Assembly: GCF_964204645.1 (NCBI RefSeq)
Contig: NC_134028.1
Location: 26,408,345 to 26,472,344, forward strand
Origin: Tubulanus polymorphus
Lineage: Eukaryota; Animalia; Nemertea
Direction: 5' to 3'
Length of the DNA stretch: 64,000 nt
The notes under the pieces were generated by a model. The model did no database searches, was not told the DNA's origin, and worked only from the letters and a program-made list of their open reading frames with translations. Positions within the stretch are counted from its first letter, which is position 1. Every line of letters starts with the position of its first letter. Both the position numbers and the translations under genes were made by a program. Of the stretch, positions 27,134-38,381 are shown one piece after another.

Positions 27134-30100
27134 TCACTAGTACGGTATATGAAAACCTGAATCATGGTGAATGTTTGTCAATTTTTCATATATTAGACAT
27201 AGACTCGAATAACATTGATATAATATAGACACACATGTAGCGCTTCGCGTTGCGTATGAAACAATTTTTACCTTGAGGCAATATTTGTGATTTACATATA
27301 TTTTCTGTACGACACACACACAGACACACACACACGTCTTGTGCAAAAAGCATTCGTAATAATCTATAATACATTGTAACAATCAAACCGGTTTTGTATT
27401 CATAGTTATTCAAGATGAGGACTGTGTCTGCTGTACGGATGATGAGAGAGGGGGGTGCAGTCGGTTTTTTCATTTATCCCATTTTCATCATTCAAAAAAT
27501 GAAAAAAAAAATAAGCAGGTGCTGAAGAAAATCAACTAAAGCTTTTAGGTTTTGGTTTTATGTAACGTTAGGACGGGAGTTGATATCGACTAGAAGCACA
27601 ATTGTTTATTCAATCAAGCATTTTGAAGTGCCGAAGTTATGAAGTCAAGACTTGACGATACTTGAAAATATGTGATAGTTTATAGTGAGGTCCCGGTTAT
27701 GTATTGAATACTTTCCGTCAGTGATTTGCTGATGGAAGTTTATTCCTCGTGACTTACGGAGTTGTAGTCGACTTTAGTAGTGAATATGCTGACGATTTCC
27801 CATTATATCTTCAACTCGAAATATGATGTTGTTTCTTAACTACTCATGATTTTATGCTCAATAATTTGTCCGTGATAAAATAATTATTCACTGAATTCTG
27901 AATCAAGATATTTTTAATGTTCAATGATGACTAGATATTGTTTCAGAGATAATGGAACCGTCATAGTTTTTAGGTTGGGCGCGATTTTGAAATCAGTCAC
28001 ATGAAATGTGTGCTGAGGTCACATATGGAATGAAGGTGAAGCTAGTTTTGTTGGAAATCGTTTGGAAAAAAAATGATTTCTCATAAATCTATTGTGCAGG
28101 TATAATAATAGGGTGGTGAAACGATGTATTACTCTTTACCATATCAATAACGCAGATGTTTCATTATTCAAACTTGATTAGTCATAATTTCACAATGTAC
28201 CTGCCCTCAACCTGACACCAATTCCTAACAGTGTCAATCAAATATCACTGTAGAGTTACATCGAATTATTTTTAGTTAATAATAGTATGAAATGTAAAGT
28301 GATATAACTGTGTTATCCAGTGGAACTTCATTACAACAAATCTCTCCCCTCAAGTCTTTGCTCAAAAGACTATTCATAAGTTGTTAGATAGCATTGACTG
28401 ATCTTACGTTGTTAGATTAGTTAAGTTATAGAACCAAAATAAGCTTAAACTGTTACTGGTTTTCAGTTGTTGAGCTTAGACTGGATTCAAGTTGTTAGAT
28501 TGGTTATAGAACCAAAATGATCTATAAATGAGCTGGTCTTTTGACATTTAGATGCATGGTATTTGTGTGATGCAAATTACTACTTGTAATTTGATTTGTT
28601 TAAATGAGGTTCCAATGTTAGATACACACACGCATTGTATCAACATGATATATTTTCGAAAGCAATTTAATTAGTTAATGCATGCTTGGCAGTGCATGGC
28701 AGTGATGGCAGTGTTAAAAGCTGACTAGTTTATTACTGAGCACAGCTTGTAGATGCTGTGCATGTCCGATACGATATAAAACGTATTTCGATTGCTTTCT
28801 AATTGTCGATGTTTATAGAATTATGCCCACATCCCGGCGCAATAATTCTAGCTCGACATTTTTTCTTTTCAGTCGTGATCTACTATTCAAGCATTGCGCA
28901 GATTTGTTTCGAATGCTTTTTGTAAATCGCTGAAACCCATATTTATTACTATTATTATGCATAATTACTGAATAAGATTTTGTGATTTTGTGAAATAGAA
29001 TATTGAATGATTAAGATATCCATCAATGATTGATGAAAGAGTTTGCTTTGACTGGGCACTTCACTTTATCCCCTTGTATCATGAATTTGTATTGTGTGCA
29101 TCCTTCCTTCATAAGAACTACAAATCACTGCAGATGAATTAAATTGTTGATGAAGTCTGGAGTCACAATTAGTTTATTTTCAATCATTTAACTCCAGAAT
29201 CTTAGTCTGACTCCGCGAGATCGGGAATATTGTAAATACCGTATGTGCAGAAATCTATAAGAATTTTTCTCATTTTTACACGTGTTAAAAGAATGCATTT
29301 TATTTCCTGTAGGTTTAATGCTGAAATTACATTTTTTTCTCATTCAAAATGAGCATTGAATGTATGTATGTAAATATAACGACTAGATATAGATATTAAT
29401 GGCACTTCTGCCGGGCGGTCTCTTAAACATTGATTGAAGTTAACCAGTGGATAGTGGCAGTTAAAACTGTCAGTGCTGTTAATATGGGACTTGCTTAGGT
29501 CCAAATCCGTAGTTCTGGGTTAAAGCCTGATGCATATTACGCAGGGAAACAAGAGACAGAAACATGTTTCAAAGCGTTTCAAATTTTCGCGTCCTTTTAT
29601 GAGAAATAAGAAACATGGTTTCTGAGATGAAACATGTTTGATTGCGTGTTTCCCTGTGCTGTGTGCGTCGGGCTTTAGTACAGTCAGTAACCTGTTTATG
29701 GTTTAGTCTCAAGATCGGATATTTTCAAAGCCCACGCGATTGTGAACGCTTAACACCAACAATTACAGGAGGTAACTAAACTAGACATTATAAAGAGTTG
29801 GACATAGTTATTTATTTCTTATGTTTTAACTCTTACATCAAATTTCAAACGCTCATTATGAAACTGGATGCTGATGGTTAACTTCAACCAACTTTTGAGG
29901 AGCTGGCTCCTGGTAAATGGGTTAGTTTTCGGGTATGGATCCACAGAGATGACTTTCGTCAGGAACTTACCCCTCATATGTTACACAAGCATGATTAAAC
30001 ATGTTGAATGTGCCTCTAGATTCAGCGCTCTACGATATTCTATAAGAAAATATTTGCGTTCCTAATGATGAAGTTAATTTTGAACAAGTCGCCCTCAATG

Positions 30101-31074
30101 ATCAGCGATGATGTTGTAGTTTAAATGATTTTTATGCATGAGTTTTCCTGATATCGCGAGTAGTGAATGATGATGGTTTGTAAGACTTTGTTTGTACCAA
30201 GTCTTTTATAAATAAAAATATATGGTAAAAATGTGCACGTAAACACAGTTTTTTGCTTTACTTTATTTTGTCTACAGTTTTTTACTTTAACTTTCGATGC
30301 CAGTATGAGACTACCGTACTAACAATAAGCGAGGAACTACATATCTTATGATGGGGACTAGGAAGGGAAACCTACCTTAGGAACCAGTTGCACAGTTGAG
30401 AGATTTGACCCCGGGTTTATCCATTGAAAATGAATTGATTTCAACTCAGAGTTAGCTCTCACAACTGGAACTGGGTCCAGAACAATAGAGAAAAACTGAT
30501 GCACTGATCCCTGCAGTACCTTGGTTTACTATCTTATTTCATATGTTTTTTACCGGTAACCTAAATTGTGACCGAATAAAACATTTGAAAGTAGACATTG
30601 AACATATCGCAAACTGTTTCCACTTAAATTGTTTTTATTCTGGATATTAGTTAAAAGGGCGGATCCAGGATTCTTTGAGGGGTCTGAACCTGACAATTCG
30701 AATTGAGAGATTTGGCAAACTGAGGGCTGCAAGCACGGATAGTTGTGTAGACTTCTGGTAGCTCTCCGACAGAAAATTAAGGACATAAAGGGGCCTTTCT
30801 GGGCTTCAATACGAACCATTTGGATTCATATTTTGTCCTTTCCTTCGAAAAAAAGTTCTCAGACTTTTTGGAGGTCACATTCATGTAGTTTTCAGTCAAG
30901 CCTACAGCCTACAAATTTTACGATATTCTATCAAACTCCAAAATTGAAAAAAATACAGAAACAAACGCATAATTATATTTCTAAAATTCCTTGTATCAAT
31001 TATATTTATCGACAATATTTTATTCACACAATTTACAATAATAACAAAGGAACGGTCCTAAGATTGTATTTTCA

Positions 31075-33155
31075 TCATTGCGCTGCTGCTGCTGTTGCAG
31101 ATTTTATTTGAGCGACTTTATTAAGATATCCCGGTAACTGACTATAGTCCATTCCGTCCTTCGCTTCGAAAAACGTGTAAGAAAGTATGATTCGATCGAT
31201 GTACTCCAGTTTCGGATCCTCGGCAAACTCTGGATCTATATAGAAAAATACCGGCATATCGACCTGTAAAATAAATCAACATTTATAATTATAAACAGAA
31301 AAGTGAGAGAGAATCGTCAGAATCCCCGATCAATTTCCGTACCTGCTCATGAGGGTTCAACCTCTGCTCTTCGAAACAAAAACACTACAAAATGAATTGA
31401 TAAAATTCAAGCGATTGTATTAATGGAGAAGATTTTAATGTGAGTGTCACTAAACCTAAGATCTGAATCCCTTAGATTTAGGGGTCTTAGGTTTAGTATA
31501 ACTTGTGGTTATGCTGCAGTAATATCAGTAGTACAGTAAACTCTGCCAACTGCCTCAAACGTTATTACAAATTTTCTTACTCCAATTCATTGCGATAATG
31601 ACCCATCCGACTGCCTTGGAATTCACATATCTCGTAGAGAATTTGTTTGACCCACGGGATCTGAGGCGAGCATAGTCTACTGTGATACCTACGTAGTTAT
31701 GTGTTACCTGTATCTTATTGAAATATTGTCCAGCCTCGAAGGGAATGACGTTATAAGTAGAAACTCCTACAACTGGTTTATCAGTAGGGTTTTTAGCTGT
31801 ATAAAACGCCAGAGATGTTTCACCGGGGTGAACCTAAAAAAACAATTCCAAATTTTCATGAAATTAAATACACTTTGTGGATAACAAAATGAAGTGAGTT
31901 TTGCGGTATCCATTCTGTGATGAATACTTTTGCTATAAAGCGAATATTTTCCCACAAGGACGACTTACTCTGACTTCAGTTTGTTGCGGTTTGAAATTCC
32001 ATTTCATACTGGACGCGGTATCAGCGTTGAATTGAACTCTTATTATACGTTCTTTATTACTCGACATTCCTTCAACTTTCTCGGTATCGTGACCCACGAC
32101 AGCCTGACCCCCTAAACCTGTAGACTGAAGAAAATACATCACACTGTTAACATCTAGAATCATTGGTTAGTCATAGTCACCAGGATTTCATAGTTCTCGG
32201 CCGAGTTTGACCCAGATAGATTAGTTCATTTCCAATGTCAGACCTCCCAGCTATCTTTTTTTCCAAATAGGCATAGGCATAGGATATTTTCTAAAAGACC
32301 ATTTTGCACTCGAATATGCAGGATTGTAACTGTGTAAGTGAAAACTACATGAAATATTGACGATGAGCTTGTTAATTTCAAGTGAGCCATTTCCAATATC
32401 TGTATGTTTATCCATGAAAAAAAGTGCACTTGTTTTAACCTTTTCCTACTAACAGTGGAGAAAATTTCAAAATAAAAAAAGAAGATTCTACCGCAGTGAG
32501 ATATATACCCGACGTACATTACCTCATGCTGCGGTGTATTGTTAGTTACTAACACAGTTTGACAGGTACTTGAGTGTACCACGCGGTGCAGTGTTTCCAT
32601 TGATTTTTCATTTAGTTTAAACCTCTGTTGAAAGATGGCAGTACGGTAAGAGATTTTAACTAATCACAAATTACATGGATAAACCGCACTGAAGCTGGGC
32701 GTGTTATACGCCGTATAGCGGGGTACAGGTACTGAAAGGGTTAAAGCACGTACCTGACAGAAAATCCGATACAGCGGAACACCGGCGTACGACATACCGA
32801 CCATAAATATTCCAACAGCGCTGATGTAAATGAGAACCGATTTGTTGCGTTTGTGATGTTGAGGATCGTTCCATTGTGAAGAGTTTCGCCGATGTTGAAA
32901 ACAGTACTTCAAATTTCCAATATTACCGCTTCTGTTGTTGTTGTATTTACAAGCCCTCCCGTGAGTATTCAAATTATTTCCTATCGTTGAGAAAATCTGT
33001 CTGTTTATAGTCGAAGTGTAATTCACTGATGAGTTTATAATGGAACTATTTGGCAAGAGTTTTCTAAAATGCCATTCTGATAATTTCACTACGTTGTTCG
33101 AACTAAATATCGATGAACTCTGAAGTAATTTCGGAAAATGTCTCGTTGTGAACAT
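31075..33155 (-). CDS. COX11: Cytochrome c oxidase copper chaperone COX11, 5 coding exons, 304 aa
   Basis: Exons 33155-32754, 32124-31969, 31833-31708, 31384-31343, 31263-31075 sum to 915 nt. Mitochondrial presequence-like N-terminus, TM helix, SYAGVPLYRIFCQ, YFNKIQCFCFEEQ copper-binding motif, DMPVFFYIDP, LSYTFF. 5' UTR intron acceptor at 33170. Confidence 0.96.
31535..31682. mobile_element. Tc1/mariner (pogo/Tigger-like) MITE
   Basis: TA|CAGTAAACTCTGC ... GCATAGTCTACTG termini in a COX11 intron. Confidence 0.5.
32439..32740. mobile_element. piggyBac-like MITE in COX11 intron
   Basis: TTAA|CCTTTTCTACT ... GTACTGAAAGGG|TTAA. Confidence 0.7.
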
Positions 33156-33689
33156 GATTCAATCTCTGCCTGGAAAAATGCATGAAACAATTTAAGAAAA
33201 ATTGGTGAATTAGTGAAGATTAGGCTTGAAGATGACGAGGCCTATTAGAAATATAGTCAAAACGTCGGATACATAAATTAATAGCTGAAGGAAAAACTTT
33301 TTGGACTTTATCTTTTGTTTTATTAGTGTGGGATTCTCTATCGTCACAACACAGATGTTTCATCAATAGGTTAAACATTGTAGATTACACATTTCTGAAT
33401 GAAACTAGGCATTTAAGGTATTTTGCCTTTGGTAGGGGTTTTCATTGCAAATGATTTCACCGAGCTTTATTATGTTAAATAATCTAAAACCATTGATAAT
33501 CTAGATTTTATCAATTATTTCGCAGAATCGGAACGGGATTTTGTTACGCAACAAAATATGTAACAATAAAATTTGCATTTGCTATTTGAGTTCATTCGTT
33601 AATTATGAGATTTTAACCGATTCATTTCCCTATAAAATTATATGAAACCAAAATCAAGGAATTTAATATTCAATTTTAGTTACTGTACA

Positions 33690-33820
33690 TCAAATTATAC
33701 CGATTTATACCCGAGATAAACGAAGTCTTGGCGAAAAAAGCACCTATTGTAACCCGGAAATAAATCACCATTTCAATTCACCTCAAAACATTTATTGAGC
33801 TTCCATATCGAGGTAAGGGT
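33690..33820. promoter_or_regulatory. Bidirectional COX11/DRG2 promoter region
   Basis: Divergent ATGs at 33155 (-) and 33936 (+). ETS-like CCGGAAAT at 33754. + strand donor GAG|GTAAGG at 33813 with acceptor at 33934; candidate - strand donors near 33700-33710. Confidence 0.6.
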
Positions 33821-33935
33821 TATATCGTAGTCTGCTCTCGATTTCGGTTACAGTTCCTCAAGGTCGTTAATACATTAGCACCCTTTCGACTAAAATTTTC
33901 ATTTTCGGCCCTAATTTCTTCTCGTTGGGGACAGC

Positions 33936-36900
33936 ATGGGTATTCTAGAAAAAATAGCGGAGATTGAAAAAGAAGTGGCCCGTACGCAGAAAAATAAAGG
34001 TACCTCATAAACCCCATAAACTTACACTCGGCCAGTGCAGTAAAAAGTCAATTTTTCCCGATGCCTAGCCCTAGTAGTACGAGTAGGTCCTAATCACTAA
34101 TTAGTCTGAATATCAGACGTTGTTACAGGCAGGCTTAGGCTTTGGCGTCTTTTCTTCTGGGACGTTCATTTGTACAGAATAAGATCTGCCTACCATGTGA
34201 TGTTCACACATACATTCACGCTGAAACCTACCCTGAGTTAAACTGTGTTTAACAACCAAGTTGTCATTTTTTTCATAAATATTTTTAGCCACTGAGTATC
34301 ATCTTGGTTTGCTGAAGGCAAAATTAGCACGATATCGAGCACAGTTATTAGAACCAACATCAAAAAGTGGAGTTAAGGTAAGATGGACGACAGGGGCTCG
34401 CGTGTCACTGGGGATCTAATGCCAGTATCTTAACCTGGTTGGACTCGTTTTCCGTGATATTTGCTTGATTTCCGGAGTAAATTCCTCATTTAGGTCCCAT
34501 GTCCTAGATTTAAGAGGCCATTTTAAGACCTGATCTAACATCTAGCTCAAATTCACTCTTAAATTCGATCTAATTTAATTTTGTTTAAAATCACATGGAA
34601 GATGAGGGAATAGGGATTTGTAAATGAACAGAAAGTAGCCACCCTGTTTGACGGAGGATTAAAGAAAGTTGTTTTTTGCTATACACGTTTTTGTTGTTGT
34701 ATTTTCAGGGAGATGGTTTCGATGTGATGAAATCAGGAGATGCGAGGGTTGCATTGATCGGGTTTCCGTCAGTTGGAAAAGTACAATCATAACATACATT
34801 GCTGCTTAGAAGTGATTGATACAATCTTGAAATGAAATAACAATGATTATTCTAATGTTAATTACAGAGTACATTGTTGAATACATTGACGAATACACAC
34901 AGCGAAAGTGCATCGTATGAATTCACAACTCTGACCTGTATTCCTGGAGTTATAACGGTAAGAACGATATTCAATAACACGGCTCTGCTTGCTGCTGTGA
35001 CAAATCATTAATTGTGAACGTGCGAAAGTTCAAGATGTAAGAAAATTGTCTTGTCAAAGCTTTTAATTAAACCAGTTTTAGTTTTCTCTGTTTTATGTTC
35101 GCTTTTTATATATGATGCCAATGAGCATATATTCTATATGGATTTTAGGCTGAATGAATTATTATGATTATTATTGTCAAAATATTTTGATGCCAACACT
35201 AATCATGCCATATTCTGATCAGTAACCGCTTAGGGATCATTTGTTTATTACGTACGCATGAAATTTGAATTTTTCAACCCCCTCTCCCTCTGCACGCAAA
35301 ATCGGCCATTTTTTCATATTGATTAAGCATTACAGTACGCAATTGCACTGACCCCTCCCCCCTCCCCTAATGCGTACGTAATAAATGAATGATCCCTTTA
35401 TGTTTTATTATATAATCTTATGAGAACTTTTGACGAATCTTATATTTTGTTGTGCAGAATTAAAAAAAAGCCAATTAATTGTAAGGATGTGAAAAAAATC
35501 TGAAACTGCCACCTGAGTTCATCTATTTGACTCTGAAATAATACTCTGACTTGCCTTATCTTTTTGCAGTATAATGGAGCTAATATACAGTTGCTTGATT
35601 TACCTGGTATTATTGAAGGTGCAGCTCAAGGTATGTTCATATTGAAGATTACATGTTTTTCATCCCCCGTTAGGACCCAGTGGCTGAAAAGTTGAATAAA
35701 GATGTTAACCATCCGTGTAAATGCCAGAGTAAGGGAAACTAACGTCTCAAAAATTTGAGTCTTCTCTAAACAAATAGCCACAATTCTAACTTTAACAGGT
35801 TATTTGTTTAAGAGACAACTATTGAACATTTGAGATGCTCCCTAAAAATGCAGTTTTAATAGTTACTTTGTTAGTAATCCACTGTGTTTAACCTAAACCG
35901 ACTTTTCAGCACCTGACCGTTGAAGTTATCATTTTTCTATAGGGTTTCTTATGTATTTGTGTATTTCTAGGTAAAGGTCGAGGTCGACAGGTGATAGCAG
36001 TCGCGAGGACGGCTGATTTAGTAATTATCATGTTGGATGCCACGAAAAGTGAAGTACAAAGGTTTGTAGTCTGTGGATATCAATCATGACCCAGTTGTGA
36101 TTTACAGCAACTTCATTTAGGCTAAAACAAAATGATACCTTGTTTCTCCTAACCAGCCGGATCATTTTGTAAACTGCAATAAAATTTGTTATCAGTTCAT
36201 TTCTGCCAGGGGTGTTATTGTTAGCTTGATTTCAAAAATAGATTAGATTCGGTTAGATATTAGTGCAGAACTTTGGAATCAGGTCCTACAAATGTTTATG
36301 ACCGCAATTCTTTCATCTTCTATAAATCAAGGAATTTTTGTTTTTTTTATTATCAGGGAATTATTAGAAAAAGAATTGGAAGCAGTCGGAATTCGTCTCA
36401 ATAAAAGACGTCCTAATATCTACTTCAAGGTTTGCATAAATGGCTGATTTTCTTTGTTTTTGGGCCGTAAGTTGAATTATAAGAAAATACGATTATTTTC
36501 TGAAATTGATCTGTTTTTTTTTCGCAGATAAAGAAAGGAGGTGGTCTATCGTTTAATTCGACCGTACCTTTGACTCATGTCAGTGAAAAACTGGTCCAGC
36601 TCATTCTACATGAATACAGTATCCTTTATATAAAAATGAGGAATTTTTGGTTCGTGCCTAATGTATCTATTTAATTCACATCGGAGAGACTGGTTTGTGT
36701 TTTGGTTTCCATAGACAAGTGTCTGTCTATGAGTCAAGAAAAACTCATTTCTTATTGAGAATTATAGATAATAAGATTATAACCCACTATAAACAAATTT
36801 AAAAAATTAGAAACAATATTAGAAAATCAAGCATTAGAATAAAAAATGAAAGACATACAATTCGGACTCCTCCATAAAAGGCCGTCTTCTGATGTTACTG

Positions 36901-38381
36901 TTTCATTCAATCAAGAAATTGTGTTCGCATCAAGTACAGAAACGTTAATTCTTTTAACAGTTATTAAGAATTATTCAATTGCGAGGTTCTGTTTCGTGAA
37001 GATTGTACGGCTGATGAATTCATCGACGTCATCGTCGGAAATCGAGTTTATATGAAATGTATTTATGTACGTAAGATTTTAGTTTGCTGTTTCAATTATA
37101 GATCCATAGTTAGGCTAAAATAATTGATACCTCGTTTCTCCTAATCGGCCTTAGTTTTCTAAACTGCAAAAAGAATTTGTTATCAGTTCATTTCTATATC
37201 TGCGGGTTGTGTTATGGTGAGCTTGATTAAAAGTAATGTACAGGGGCCAGTTGCAGTCGTGACTTAAGTCCAAAAGTGGTCTAAAATCTTAAGACTGGTC
37301 TTATGTTGTTAGATTGGCAAAAGAACTAAGTTGGTCTTAGACTGGTCTTAAATATAAGCCATGACTATGCAACCGGCCCCAGGGGTTAGGCGGCCAGAGT
37401 AGAAATGAAAAACAAAGTATCAATTTTTTTCCCTTGTTTACTATAGATGATTGACAAGTTATTAACACTGAAATTCATCGTTGAATTTGGTTAATTTTTC
37501 AATGTTTTCCAGGTTTACAATAAAATTGATCAGATTTCTATCGAGGAAGTGGATAAGATCGCTCGCAGGGAGGACAGCGTTGTCGTCAGGTAGAACTAAA
37601 TAAACTATAGCCCCATCCTACCTTTCAATTGATTACTGATGCATTCATAATTTGTGTCGTGTTTTTCAGTTGTAATATGAAATTGAATTTGGATTATCTA
37701 TTGGAGGTTGTCTGGGAATATTTAGCCTTGATTCGAGTCTACACGAAAAAACCAGGAGGTAAAACGGGCGAACGATTTCATGATCTTCACAGGAGATAGT
37801 TATTCAGTAAAAGTCCATTCATGATTTATGTTCATTTGGTATTTTTTTAGAGCATCCTGATTTAGAAGGTGGTCTTATAATGAGGAGAAACTGTACGGTA
37901 GAACATGTGGTATGTTATTCTTAGCTGATTCTGACTTAGAATTTTATTTCAGAATTCAAATGAATTAATGAAATTATTGTTATTTTAGTGCCACGCAGTT
38001 CATCGGACGCTGGCTGCTGATTTCAAATATGCTTTAGTTTGGGTAAGTTATCAAGTTATAGGGGATCATTCATTTATTACGTACGCATAAAATTTGAATT
38101 TTTCAACCCCATCCTCGCCCTCTGTACGCAAAATCGGCCATTTTTTTCGTATACACTGCATTACAGTACGCAATTGCACTTACCCCTCCCCTAATGCGTA
38201 CGTAATAAATGAATGACCCTTAGGTACAGAACTTTTTAAACTGAACTCCAATTCTAGTATTAGAACTTCTGTAAACCTCAATCTCTAATTGTAGGGCTCC
38301 AGTACGAAGTACAACCCGCAGCGAGTTGGTATAAGCCACGTTCTTCAACACGAAGATGTCATACAAATTATTAAAAAGTGA
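33936..38381 (+). CDS. DRG2: Developmentally regulated GTP-binding protein 2, 14 coding exons, 364 aa
   Basis: Exons 33936-33999, 34289-34377, 34709-34780, 34868-34957, 35570-35630, 35971-36061, 36357-36429, 36528-36618, 36969-37066, 37513-37589, 37670-37758, 37851-37909, 37989-38042, 38295-38381 sum to 1095 nt. [13 protein letters not shown] start, [37 protein letters not shown] domain ending [10 protein letters not shown]. Missed by the ORF track because exons are short. Confidence 0.97.
35233..35396. mobile_element. PIF/Harbinger-like MITE, copy 1
   Basis: TIR GGGATCATT..TTTATTACGTACGCAT / ATGCGTACGTAATAAATGAATGATCCC with TTA-like flanks; second copy at 38061-38219. Confidence 0.75.
36619..36968 (+). 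other. U12-type GT-AG minor intron in DRG2
   Basis: 5' GTATCCTTT; branch-like TTCTTTTAAC at 36949-36958, about 10 nt before AG 36967-36968; no pyrimidine tract. Removal restores [17 protein letters not shown]. Confidence 0.88.
37244..37379. mobile_element. MITE with CAG TSD nested in a GGCTAAA-family MITE
   Basis: CAG|GGGCCAGTTGCA ... TGCAACCGGCCC|CAG interrupting the element spanning about 37113-37430. Confidence 0.7.
38061..38219. mobile_element. PIF/Harbinger-like MITE, copy 2
   Basis: Closely similar to 35233-35396; in the last DRG2 intron. Confidence 0.75.
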
